This document shows positions 38,381-51,785 of a stretch of DNA of 63,815 bases, piece by piece (the stretch's first letter is position 1; every line of letters starts with the position of its first letter). The translations under genes were made by a program, and so were the position numbers. This DNA is from Leucoraja ocellata (lineage: Eukaryota). The DNA lies in assembly GCA_036785375.1 (NCBI GenBank), contig JAWMAR010000471.1, positions 1,054,001 to 1,117,815 of the forward strand, read 5' to 3'. The notes beneath the pieces were generated by a model. It had not been told where the DNA came from, searched no databases, and was given only the letters and a program-made list of their open reading frames with translations.

Positions 38381-41300
38381 GTGAGTCCAAGATGGCGGCG
38401 CGCTCAGTCGCAGCGGCCCCTCGGGAGATAGTCGGAGCTTTAAAAAGTGAGTGTTGTGTGTCTTGTCCAGTCTGGCCAAGATATATGTACTGCAGGAACA
38501 TGCTCCTAAACATCGGGGCAAACCACGGTAGTAGTACAGGCGCGTTTTGGTGCGATTTAGACCATATACGCCGCTATGGACTACTACTACCGGCTGCGAA
38601 GCCGAACATATCGGCCGCAGATATGGCTACGACCGGAGAGAGGAGGCGAGAGAGGAGAGAGAGGAGGAGGAGGAGACGCAAGCGGTGTGAGAGGAGGCAG
38701 AAACGGGGTAAAAGAGCAGGCTCTTACACGAGGCGGAGACGGGGGAAAAGAGCAGGCATTCACGCTAGGCTAACAGCCAACCCCACCCGACCTGCAGTGC
38801 CCTCGCTTCTCCTCTCTAATGTCCGCTCCCTGGACAACAAACTCGACGAACTGCGTCTTCTCAGGACAACATACAAGGATATACGAGACTGCTGTGTGTT
38901 TGTTTTCACGGAATCATGGCTCCACGGCAATATACCGGACACGGCAATACAGCTGGAGGGAATGACATCATTCCGTGCGGACAGAGAGGCAGCTAGCTCT
39001 GGTAAGAGCCGAGGTGGAGGCCTGTGCTTGTACATAAACAAGGACTGGTGTGTGAACGCTACGATAGCCGGGAAACACTGCTCTCCGCTGATAGAATTCC
39101 TCATCGTGAAATGTCGGCCTTTCTATCTGCCGAGGGAATTCTCCGTTGTTTTTGTTGTGGCTGTATATGTTGCACCAAGTGCAAATGTAAATTCTAAGGC
39201 CAACGAGGCACTGGGAGCCCTGCATGACGCCGTCAGTGAGTTCCAGACCAAACATCCTGATAGCTTCATTGTGGTGGCCGGGGATTTTAATCACACCAGC
39301 CTTAAGACTGTGCTCCCAAAATTCAAGCAATATGTGGATTTTGAGACCAGGGGAGAGAACATCTTGGACTTGGTTTACACCAACACCCCAGAGGCTTACA
39401 AGGCAGCCCCACGCCCTCACCTGGGCCACTCGGGCCACATTTCAGTGTTTTTAACACCAGCCTACAGACCTCTGCAAAACAAGTCAGAGCGGAGAGAAAA
39501 CACACCAGGGTCTGGCCAGAGGGAGCAGCCTCAGCACTGCAGGATTGCTTCCTGCACACTGACTGGGATGTGTTCAGGACAGCAGCATCCTATGATGACC
39601 TCATCAACATCGAGGAGTACGCAGAGACTGTAACCAGCTACATTGCCAAGTGCACTGAGGATGTCACCATCATGAAAACTTTCACTGCACGTGGAAACGA
39701 AAAGCCATGGATGACAGCAGAGGTGCGCTCGCTGCTGAGGGCTCGTGATGCAGCCTACAGAGCCGGTAACACAGCCGCTCTCCGATCCACCAGGACTGCA
39801 CTGGGAAAAGGAATCAGGGCAGCGAAACGTGCCTTCGCGGGGAAAATCCAGGGACACCTCTGCGACACAGGAGACACCAGGAGGATGTGGAAGGGAATCG
39901 AAACACTGACGGGGTACAAGGCAAGGCAGCAGGCAACCGACACGGACACTTCTCTCCCAGATAAACTAAACAACTTATTTGCACGTTTTGATGCAGCAAA
40001 CACCACACCCAAGAGGAGAGCCAGCCCCTGCGTACAAACCGACCAGCCAGTCCTGACCATAGACAAAATGGACACACGGAGAATCCTGTCTAAGGTCAAC
40101 CCGTGGAAAGCAGTCGGACCCGACAACATCCCAGGACGTGTGCTAAAGGAATGTGCTGAGGAGTTAGCAGATGTGCTAACAGACATCTTTAACATCTCCC
40201 TTAGTCAAGCCATTGTCCCCACATGCCTCAAAACTTCCACGATAATCCCCATAGCGAAGAAACCAGTGGTTGCCTGCCTAAATGACTACCGCCCTGTCGC
40301 CCTGACCCCAATAATAATGAAGTGTTTTGAACGCCTGGTGAAACCCCACATTACTGCCAGCCTCCCCTCATCGTTAGACCCCCTACAGTTTGCCTATCGC
40401 CCCAACCGCTCTACAGAGGATGCCATCTCTACCACGCTGCACACAGTAATCGCGCATCTGGAACATAAGAACACATACGCCAGAATCCTGTACATTCCTG
40501 TACAAGTCCCACAGAGACTTCTGGAGAAACTAACCATGCTGGGCCTCAACACCACCCTGTGTCACTGGATCTTGGACTTTCTGACAGAGAGACCACAGTC
40601 AGTCCGTGTTGGCAAGAACACTTCAGGCTCGATCACGCTGAGCACCGGCTCCCCTCAAGGCTGTGTGCTCAGCCCGCTGTTGTTCACACTGCTCACACAT
40701 GACTGTGCTGCCAGATTCAGGGAAAATAAAATCATAAAGTTCGCGGACGACACTACAGTGGTGGGACTCATCAGTGGAGATGACGAAACAAGGTACAGGG
40801 AGGAAGTAGAACAATTGGTGGATTGGTGCGGCAAAAATAACCTGGAATTGAATGTCGACAAAACTAAGGAGATGGTTGTCGACTTCAGGAGGGCGCAGCC
40901 AGAGCATACGCCGCTCAACATTAGTGGCACTGCAGTGGAGAGAGTGGAGAGCATAAAGTTCCTCGGTGTGCAGATAACGGACAGCCTCACCTGGTCCAGG
41001 AACACCACTGGGACCGTTAAACGGGCCCATCAGCGACTGCACTTCCTGAGGAAACTAAAACAGGCCCCACTCCCCACCAACATCCTCAGGACTTTCTACA
41101 GGGGTACGGTGGAGTCTGTACTCACGTACTGCATAAATACGTGGTACTGCACCTGCAACTGCTCGGACAGGAAGGCTCTGCAGAGGGTAGTGAGGGGAGC
41201 AGAGAGGATCATTGGCGTCTCCCTACCCTCGGTACAAGAACTGTTCCAGCGCCGCTGTCTGAAGAAAGCACAGAGAATTGCCAAGGACAAACTGCACCCC

Positions 41301-41411
41301 CTCCACACACACCTGGATCTCTTGCCATCAGGCAAGAGATATCGAAGCATCAAAGCCCGGACTACGAGGCTGCTAAACAGCTTCCTACCACAGGCTGTGA
41401 GGCTGCTAAAC
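38381..41411 (+). mobile_element. Near full-length Rex1/Babar-like non-LTR retrotransposon (APE + RT), disrupted, 3' end in gap
   Basis: NVRSL / FTESWL / GDFN endonuclease motifs; [15 protein letters not shown]-terminal [10 protein letters not shown]...[12 protein letters not shown]. Frameshift near 39500 and a damaged DFSSAFN region. Absent at the paralogous site near 55266. Confidence 0.82.
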
Positions 41412-41611
41412 NNNNNNNNNNNNNNNNNNNNNNNNNNNNNNNNNNNNNNNNNNNNNNNNNNNNNNNNNNNNNNNNNNNNNNNNNNNNNNNNNNNNNNNNN
41501 NNNNNNNNNNNNNNNNNNNNNNNNNNNNNNNNNNNNNNNNNNNNNNNNNNNNNNNNNNNNNNNNNNNNNNNNNNNNNNNNNNNNNNNNNNNNNNNNNNNN
41601 NNNNNNNNNNN
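41412..41611. other. Assembly gap (200 N)
   Basis: N run. Confidence 1.
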
Positions 41612-42078
41612 GACAGTAATATGTGGCCATGTCCTCAACTCTCAAACGAATAATTTTCACTGTAAATGATTTTTCCGCTTTATTGGACGACACAACAAAC
41701 CGTCCACCTGTTGTGATCCGTTGCCGTTTAGCACCGGGTTGTGCTTGCTTGAAGAAACCTCCTACATTAAATTCGTAGCTGCCACTGGAACCTTCTTTGA
41801 AAAGGCAGGTGATGGTGACGGACTCACACTCTTTTCCAGCCACCGCATTCGGGCTCTGGGTCACTGACTGACTGAAGGAGTCTGTAGATGAAACACAGGG
41901 AGAGGTGAGTGGGAATTCCTGGCGAACCACGGCAGAAGGATACATCGCGGACAGTGTTTGAAATTCAGGTCGGAGTGGACTCGAGTTGTTTTATGTTAAA
42001 CCCGCACTGTGTGGGAGTAGGGGACCGGTACTCACGGCGTAAGCAGAGTGACAGCACAAAAAATAGGAGGATTCCCAT
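41612..42078 (-). CDS. Inverted NAR-TCR leader (42078-42036) and V exon (41881-41612), truncated by gap
   Basis: Reverse complement of 4900-5366. Protein appears identical to cassette 1 V up to YYC. RSS, D and J would lie in or beyond the gap. Confidence 0.85.
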
Positions 42079-42832
42079 CGCGCCTTCTCCGGGAATAAAT
42101 GGTTCACGTGACGAGAGGCTGGAAACCAGGTCGCCAGACAGATCCTGCAGCCAATCCCGGAGAACCGAGCGGTGACCTCAGGCTGGGCTGTTCGTTTCGG
42201 TGCGGGCGGTGTTCTGGGAATTTTTGAAAATCGATGTGCGAGGAGAGGAAGAGTTTGAGAAGAGGATCGTTACATCTGCTGATTTGTTTGGTGGCCCGGA
42301 ATCGGATGTGAAACATCTGATATGGCCCTGACGTTTCTCTGACGTTCAGTGGACCATCTGAACCATTCAGGCAGCTGAACATATGGGGGCAGTAGATAGG
42401 ATGAACGCACAGTCCCCTCTCCAATCGGTATACGTGACAAATAAACTAAACTGAACGGGTGGCGGAGGTGTTTTGTCAGCAGAGGCAGCCGCTCCCATGT
42501 GAAACTCCGCAATAATGCAGGATGGCCAGTGCAAGACCTGTTTGTTTGTTTGTTTGATGAGAGGCTGGACGGCCGAAGGTAGTGGGAATTGCTGCACCGC
42601 GGCTTATAAGATCGACGAAAGGTCAATGCGAGACCACAGTCGGGCTGGATACTGGTATCCCTCCGAATGTCAATGAGCCAGTGAAAGGGAACACACAGAT
42701 GGCAAATAATGCAGTCAACTGCAGGGATGGAGAAAACACAGAAACATGGAATATACGTGTAGGTGTAAATCATTCTCCCTTTGACCCAAGATTCAATATG
42801 ATCTTGGCATGTGGGCACAGGAGGTGGGGTAG

Positions 42833-45800
42833 TGTAGATCAGTGCATGTTCCTTTAACCATAGTGACCTCCCGTATTACTAACCACTCCCCATTGTCTCC
42901 AGTATAATTGTAGTGTCCCCACCTCTAGCTCGCTCTCTAGCTCCAGTGATGACCACGGACAGCTACAGCATAGTGATTAACAGTTACCTAATAAATAGTT
43001 ATAGTAAAAGACTTGTGTGTGTGCAGTAAGTCCTTTTACATGGTGTCATAGCGGTAGACGTGCGTCTCCTGTTCATCGGTTTTTGTTTTATTATTTCTTT
43101 CTCCCAGTCCTTCCCTCCTTTCTTTTATCATGTCCCACCACTGTCGTCGACCAGACACGTTGGTGTTCGACACGGACATTGTCCATCGCTGGACCGTGTT
43201 CCAGCGCGATTACGAGCATTACATTGCTATCGCCCATCCTGATGCCACTCCTGCTGTACAGGCTCACCTATTGCTTAACCTCGCGGGACCTGCAGCTATG
43301 GATCAGTATGCATCGTTCCATTTCGCCGCCGGAGAGGACCGCAACGACCCGGTATGTCTCCTTAATAAGTTCGCTGCCCTCTGTGATATTCCTACCAACA
43401 ACATCATCGAACGCTTCAAATTCTTCCAGAGGCAGCAGCTGCCAGGCGAGCCTGTCGGCACTTACATTGCCGCCTTGCATCACCTGGCTCAGCGCTGCCG
43501 CCTTGACACAATCACCCTTGACGAATTAATTAGGGACGTCCTGGTCAATGGTCTCCGCAACGATAGACTGCGTGAGCAGCTCTTAGTTAAACCCGATCTG
43601 ACACTGCGGGATGCTATGTATTCTGCGCGCATGTCCGAAGCCGTTGGTTCCGTGTCCAGACAGGCTCCCCAGGACATTAACTTCACCGGTCAAGCCGGTC
43701 GCCTGACTACGCGACGCAACCCCGCGGCTCTCCCCATGAAAGTCGCCACCTCCACTGTCCCGCGACGCTGCCCTAACTGCTTTTTTACGGCTCATCCCTC
43801 AAACATTTGCCCCGCACAGGGCAAGACCTGTCTTTCCTGTGGCAAACTCGGGCACTTTTCTGCCGCCTGCCGTTCCCGTGGGAAGCCAGTCCCTGCTCCA
43901 AGAAGGAGTCTAAACAACCTTGCCGAACTAAACAACATTGCACTCCCTGATAGCGCTCTGCTTTCCCAGTACGAGCTGGAGGAGCTCCCCGACTCTGATG
44001 CACTCCCCTCTCGTGAAGATCCAACTATTTGTTTCACTTTTGGGTACACCTGCTCTGATTACGGATCCCTCTGTGCATGTTACTGTGAACGGCCATTCCT
44101 TTTCAGCCAAGGTCGATACTGGCGCTTTCGCCAATGTTATGTCAATAAGCCTTTTCAAGCAGATCAGATCTGGTGAGAAAGTTCTTCCTGGCGACACCTG
44201 CCTCCATGCCTACGGGGGGGGAGTCCTGATTCCCGTGGGTAAGGCAACTCTTATCTGCACAGTTCTAGAGACCTCTCGGCCCCTCACTTTCCACCTGCTG
44301 GACTCTGACAACGTCACCCTGCTGGGCGCCCGTGCGTGTCAGGACTTAGGGCTAGTCTCATTCCACCGCGGCATTCACCTGGTGCAAGCCCCCATGGACC
44401 CCCTGGCCGAGTACCCCGACCGTTTTGATGACGTTCTGGGCAAGCTGCCCTGCGACTACAAGATTGTTGTCGACCCGAGCGTCGACCCGGTGATTCGGCC
44501 GGCACACCGCGTCTCCTTTGCCATGAAGGGCCGCGTGGAGTCTACTCTGCGCGATATGGTGACCATGGGCATCCTCAAGGAGGTGAGCGCTCCCACCGGG
44601 TGGGTCTCCACCATGGTCGTCGCAGCCAAAAAGGACAAAAGCGAGATCCGGATCTGCATTAACCCCAAGGACCTCAACCTTGCCATCAAGCGCCCCCACT
44701 ACCCCATGCGGACGGTAGAGGACGTTGCTGCACAGGTCGGCCCTGCTACTGTCTTTTCAGTCCTAGACGCCAAGAGCTCCTTCTGGCAGATCCCTCTGGA
44801 CGAACGCTCCTCATTCCTCACCACGTTCAGCACTCCCTTCGGCCGGTTCCGTTTCCTCCGCATGCCGTTTGGAATCAACTCTGCCAGCGAGGTTTTCCAG
44901 CGCACCATGGAGCAACTGTTTGCCGGCTTACCGTGCGCCATCATCGTGGATGACATTCTGGTGTACGGGAGGGACGTTGCTGAGCACGACCTGAACCTCC
45001 GCAAAGGCCTGGACAGGGCGCGGGTGATAAACCTCAAGCTGAACCCGAAGAAATGCCGGTTCCGGGTTCCAGAAGTCACTTACGTTGGCCATGTCTTCAC
45101 GGCTGGGGGTCTCAAACCTGACCCCCAGAAAACGTCAGCGGTCACTGACATGCCCGCTCCTACCGACGTCCCTGGCCTGCAGCGTTTCCTGGGCATGGTC
45201 AATTACCTGGGTAAATTCATACCCGACCTCAGTGAACTGAGTGCCCCCCTTCGGGAACTAATCAAAAAGGACTCCGCGTGGGTCTGGCTCCCGCACCACC
45301 AGTCAGCTTTCGTGACTCTGAAGCTAAAGCTTGCCGCTACCCCGACTTTGAAATTTTTCGACCTGCACCGACCCATTATCCTCACTTGCGATGCCTCGAA
45401 GTTTGGTCTCGGTGCCGCTTGTCTGCAGCTTTATGACAACCTTCAGCTGCCCGTCTCCTACGCTTCTCGCACCATGACCCCTGCCGAGCTGCGATATGCC
45501 CAGATTGAAAAAGAGCTGCTTGCCGTGGTCGTCGCTTGCTCCAAGTTTAAAGACTACATCCTCGGCAACTCTTTCACCATCGAGACTGACCACCAGCCGT
45601 TGGTGACAATCCTTAATAAACCTATCCATGTTGCTTCTTCCCGGTTGCAGCGCATGATGCTGCAGCTCCAGCGTTTCACGTTCCAGATCGTCTACTGTAA
45701 GGGCAAAGACATGTTTGTAGCTGACACTCTTTCTCGTGCTCCGCTGCCTTCCGTTGTCCGTCACCCGTACGAATCCTCCGACCTTCTGGTACTAAACGTC

Positions 45801-47461
45801 AACATTGTTCCTTCACAGCAAATGCAGTCCCTGGTCCAACATACTGCTGATGATCCTGCCCTGCAACAACTTGCGGACGTTATCCGCCGTGGTTGGCCTG
45901 ACCGTCGCTCCGAACTGCCTGCTAACGCGGCACCATATTTCCTCGTTCGCGACGAACTGGTGCTTCACGCCGGCGTGGTGGTAAAGGGTCACAAAGTCGT
46001 GGTGCCTGCCGCCCTGCGGGATCATTACTTCCAGTCTGCTCACAGCGGCCACCCCGGGGTGGAAGCTACTTTATCCCAGGCCCAGAGCCAATTCTACTGG
46101 CCAGGTATGGCTCAAGACATCCGTGACAGGGTCTCCGCCTGCGCTGCCTGCAACACCCTGCACCCCCATCAGCAGCGCCAGCCTCTCCTGCAACCGCCGG
46201 CTCCAGAACTCCCATGGATGGCCGTTGCCACCGACCTCTTTGAGTGGCCCCGGTGACCCTCCGGTCCGACAACGGCAGCCAGTTCTCCAGCGACGAGTTC
46301 AAGACCTTTGCTGCCCGTTGGAACTTTAACCACATCACCAGCAGCACCGAGTTTCCTCAAAGCAACGGACTTGCTGAACGGGCCGTTCGTAGTGCCAAGG
46401 AGCTGCTGGAACACTACCGCCTGTTCCGTGCCGATTTCCACCTTGCCCTGCTTAACCTCCGCAACATTTCCCGCGACCCTGCGCTCGGTTCCCCTGCCCA
46501 GCGCCTCATGTCTCGCACCACCAGACCTCCCCTGCCGGTCTCCCAGCAGTCCCTCAAGCCCTCAGTACAAAACCCTGCCACTGTCACTGAGCGCATTGCC
46601 AAAAAACAGGTGACCCAGAAGCGCTCCTTTGACAAATCCGCCCGGCCCCTTCCACGTCTGTTCCCGGGGCAGGTTGTCCGAATGCAGTCCCCCACTGGCC
46701 ACTACCGCCTGGCCGTCGTAGTCGGCGACGCCGGTTCTCCGCGGTCCTACTTCGTCGACTACGAGGGGGCTATCTACCGTCGCTCCCGCCAGCACCTACT
46801 CCTTGTGAATGAGCCCGCTCCGCCTCCCGCGGATCCTTCTCACCCCCCCCCCCCCCATCTCTTCTCGACCTCCCGTTGCCCCTCACGCCCCGGCAACACC
46901 TCGCATGCCACGCACCCTACCTTCACAACTGTCCGCCCGTTCCCCTGCCTCGCCTGTCAAGCCGGCATCGCCCGCAAAACCTACCTCGCCTGCCAAGCCT
47001 GTTTCTCCACCCGGAGCCCCGCGTTCTCCTCCGCCCGCCTCTCCTGCCCATCCCCCGGCTGCTGTCCCTTCTGTTCCCGACGATGAGGAGGAGGGCGGTT
47101 TACGCACCCGCTCTGGCCGGCTGGTCAGGCCGCCTGTCCGCTACGGGGAACACGCATAGTGTTGTACTGTTGCCGGTGCGGTTGGTGTTCTTAGCGTATG
47201 AGCCGTGGTCACTCTGTATAGTACCTGCCATGCTTTTGTTTCCAAGAGGAAGGATGTAGATCAGTGCATGTTCCTTTAACCATAGTGACCTCCCGTATTA
47301 CTAACCACTCCCCATTGTCTCCAGTATAATTGTAGTGTCCCCACCTCTAGCTCGCTCTCTAGCTCCAGTGATGACCACGGACAGCTACAGCATAGTGTCA
47401 AAGAGTTACTTTAATAAACAGTTACAGTAAAAGACTTGTGTGTGCAGTAAGTCATTTTACA
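42833..47461 (+). mobile_element. Gypsy/Ty3 LTR retrotransposon: LTRs 42833-43040 and 47255-47461, gag from 43130, pol about 43938-47159; defective
   Basis: TG...CA LTRs of about 208 bp, PBS TGGTGTCA at 43041, PPT AAGAGGAAGGA before the 3' LTR, CCHC knuckle, protease VDTGA, RT IVDD, RNase H CDAS, integrase HHCC. Deletion/frameshift in the integrase core near 46250. No TSD. Confidence 0.93.
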
Positions 47462-49506
47462 GTATCTCTACAGGAAAACGATACATGACGTTTCTGGTCA
47501 GGATCCTTCTTCCGTCTGCAAGTAGGGCGAGGCCACTGGATGCAAGAGTAGGCCAGAGCGAGGCAGGGAAGGCAACACGTGACTAGGAAATGAAGGAGCC
47601 CATAATGGCCCATTGTTGGCTGTGGAATAAGTGGTCACAAACAACTACAAAGATGCGAGCAGTACAACTACTGCGATGACTATGTTGGAGGAGAGGGTGA
47701 GAGAAAGGGAGTCAAGCGACCTATGAGATGCTGTTCCTCCATTTTGTGCGTGGTCTCGCTCTAGCAGTTGAGGAGGACAACGACAGAATGGTTTATATGG
47801 GAATGGGTAGAGGTGTTAAAATGTTTGCCCACCGGGGAACGTAAAGGCCAATGTGGAAATTGATTTATTACCGTACATGGGAGACACAGAGTCACAGAGT
47901 CACAGAGTGATACAGTGTGGTATCAGGACCTTCGGCCCAACTCGCCCACACCGGCCAACAATATCCCAGATACACCAGTCCCACTTGCCTGGGCTTGGTC
48001 CATATCCCTCCAAATCTCTCCTATCCAAGTAACTTTCTAACTGTTGCTTAAATGACGGGATAGTCCCAGGCACAACTACCTCTTGTCGCAGCTTGTTCCG
48101 TACATCCACCAGCCTTTGTATGAGAATGTTTCCCCACCGAATCCTCTTAAATATGTTTCCCTTCTCCTTGATCCAATGTCCTCTGGTCGTCGATTCACTG
48201 GGCAAACGACTCTGTGCATCTAACCGATACATTCATCTCATGATTTTGTATTTCTGGCACTCCTCACCTATAGCTTTACTTTCGGTGGACGTTTTCCGCA
48301 TACAGAAGGTATTTTAATCACGGTATCTGTATGAAACTTTACACAATCCACATCATCCGGTAAATTTACATGGTAAATGGCAAGGGAATTGAAGAATGCA
48401 GGTGAACAGAGGGATCTGGGAATAACTGTGCACAGTTCCCTGAAAGTGTAATCGCATGTAGATAGGGTGGTAAAGAAAGCTTTTGGTGTGCTGGCCTTTA
48501 TAAATCAGAGCATTGAGTATGGAAGTTGGGATGTAATGTCAACATTGTACAAGGCATTGGTGAGGCCAATTCTGGAGTATGGTGTACAATTTTGGTCGCC
48601 TAATTATAGGAAGGATGTCAACAAAATAGAGAGAGTACAGAGGAGATTTACTAGAATGTTGCCTGGGTTTCAGCAACTAAGTTACAGAGAAAGGTTGAAC
48701 AAGTTAGGGCTTTATTCTTTTGAGCGCAGAAGGTTAAGGGGGGACATGATAGAGGTATTTAAAATGATGAGAGGGATAGACAGAGTTGACGTTGATAAGC
48801 TTTTCCAACTGAGAGTAGGGAATATTCAAACAAGGGGACATGACTTGAGAATTAAGAGACTGAAGTTTAGGGGTAACATGAGGGGGAACCTCTTTACTCA
48901 GAGAGTGGTGGCTGTGTGGAATAAGCTTCCACTGAAGGTTGTGGAGGCAGGTTCGTTATTATCATTTTAAAATAAATTGGATAGTTATATGGACGGGAAA
49001 GGAATGGAGGGTTATGGTCTGAGCGCAGGTATGTGGAACTAGGGGTGAATACGTGTTCGGCACGGACTAGAAGGGTCGAGATGGCCTGTTTCCGTGCTGT
49101 AATTGTTATATGATTATATGGATATATCCGCTGCTAAAACAGCAGATTATCTTCAAACCGAAAACCTCGTCAATGAGCAATGATACGTCTGTTCAATGAT
49201 GAAAGGAAATCATCAAACAACACGATGCACCTATTCAACTGAAAATCTTCACTCGTTTTGAAAACAATATGTTCCGGGCATATATATACATATTCGTGAA
49301 AATACAGAAATTGAATGATTCAACGGGGCACATGGGAATACGTACAAGAGGTGAGACTCAATTGAGCCCATGAACCTACTAAGCAGCCGGGCGTGTCCGA
49401 CAGGGCGAATGGACATAAAATGTCCACACATTAAATGCTGTCTTTTCACATAAACCCTACAGCAAAGCAACGCATTAAGCCCAGCTGGTCATTCGTTCTT
49501 GTTATA

Positions 49507-51785
49507 TTATTTTAACTTACACTTTACCGATTTAAATATTTTTCCAGTGCAAATGATCGGATATGTTAGTACACGAAACAGCTCCTCTCTAAACTTGCTC
49601 TGGGTCACGGTGTAAATGGCCGTGTTGGTGCAGGAGCTCAGCAACTGAAGCATCTGTCCAACTCTTTCGAATTCTTCCAAAGGGTTTCTCCAAGCCTTGC
49701 GCATAAACACTTTTAAACTTCGAACCGCAATAAAATATGCAACACTTGTGGCCCAGAGCAGGATGAAGGAGCTCGAGATTGCCAGAAGTAAAACGACCGA
49801 GCGTCTGCGGTTCACCATCTCCTGGTCTTTCTATCTCTCCCCACCGCTGAGGTCCCGGAGGTTCCTGCGGAACCGGCTGGCCACGAAAATACGTCTGACG
49901 GTGAGCGCGTTAAACAACAAAATCAGGCAGAATGGAATCACCGGGGTGAACAACTGTTCGGCCCAAGAGAACACCAACCATTCGGCATGAACGTAAAAAT
50001 CTACGAGTTTGAGGCAGCCCAGTTCTCCACCCATTCCGAGATAAGAAGTGTATGCAAAGGGCAAGGGTAGATTTTTGAGGCAGATGAGCGGGCTCACCGT
50101 CAGGATAACAATCGTCGCGGTTCTCTCGGTGCAATATTTGGTTTTCATGTTTTGAGTAGAAATCGCAACAAACCGATCAAAGGTGAAAGCGACCGTGAAC
50201 CACACAGAACAATTCACCGTGACCGATGCCAGGTAGATTGTTATTTTGCACACAGGAGTGTAGGGCAAGGAGGCATGCCACCAATACATATCAGCAATCC
50301 GGTGAAATATCACCTCACAGAAAATCACAGAGAGGTCCGCGGTCGCCATGGCTACCATGTAACGAGTGATGCAATTGGAGAGGCCGCACTTGCCACGGGA
50401 CAGGATCAAAATCGCCATCAGATTCACTGGGAAAGAATGAAAACAGAAACTGATTAATTGTGTGGTGGGTGGGAGCAGACGGAGTCATTTAAACCTGTGT
50501 CGCCAGTGGTAGAGACTGTTTATTTAACGAATCAGTATTTGGGTCAATCATCCGTCAATCGTTTGCCGGAAAGATGTTCATTCAGTAAATTATTAAATTC
50601 TTGATTACCAAAATTAGTGGGATTGCCTTATGTAGAAAATAACTACATAAAGATGAAAATATTGGTACAAGAGGCAATCCGATTTTAGAAATCAGGAAAT
50701 TAATCTGCAAATGGATAACATATCGTTTACCAAGATTAGTGGGAGTGCCTTTTGTACTAATCTTCACAACATTATGCCAACCGTTTGATGTTGATGTAAA
50801 ATATAGAACATGTTCTAGCGGTGAGTCAGTGTCTCTAAAAAATTGAATTAACTATCCAAAGTACCGTCTATCAAACCAGAATTAAGAGGGGATCCCCCCC
50901 AATATAAAATATGTGATTTCAATTTCATACTGGGACATTCAAATGCGCAGTGTCGTTTTTATTGCTGAGACATGGGCAACTTTTGCGTCGGGGCATTGAG
51001 TCAATCGCGGTCTGAATTAACGCGGTCTGTTTTCCATTGGGCCTTCGAGAATGCATCTCCCAACACGGGGCCAAGGAAAGGGATACAGTGAAGCGCAGCA
51101 AATATAATTACAAACACCCTTCGCAAACACGGCTAACAACATAACGGGCAGGTGTTTTCTGCCGAACAGCGGGCGGGCCTGTGTACTGCACCTGACAAGA
51201 GCCAATGGTGGAGTAACTCAGTGGCGCAAGTAATATCTCTGGAGAACATCGATAGGAGACGTAGTAAAATCAATACGGGCATTGATTTTAGTAAAAAGCC
51301 GCGAGGGCTACATTTCTGCCAGCTTCAATGAGCGGCATCCATCACATATACAAACGCGCTACCTCGCTCCTGAGGTGGATATCGCTTACTTTATTTTAGT
51401 TTAGGAATGCAGCGCGAAAACACAACACCGGCTCACCTAATCCGCATCGATCGTGCACACTCACAACAACAACACACACAAGGGACAATGTATTTTACTT
51501 ATATGGAGCGTGGGAGCAAACCGAAGATCTCGGGGAAAACCCAAAAGGATACGGGGAGAACGTACAAACTCCGTATAGACAAGCGCTGTAAGACATTTAT
51601 TCTAGCGCCGCGCCAGCGTGCCGCCCTAACCCCCGCTGGGCTACTCGCTATGTCCTTTTAACCTTTAATATTCTGCGCTCTTCAAACATGAGATGTGCCG
51701 ACAATTACCTACCAGGTATACCGATTGCTGCCAGAATCGGATAATACACAAGTCCTATTTTTTCCTCGATCGCAACAACGTCCAT
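49507..51785 (-). pseudogene. GPCR paralog 3 (exon 1 51785-51713, exon 2 50426-49507) with in-frame TAG in ICL3
   Basis: Exon 1 MDVVAIEEKIGLVYYPILAAIGIP. LSGGER*KDQEM (AAG>TAG at 49831-49833); both ORF halves are in the same frame. Confidence 0.82.
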
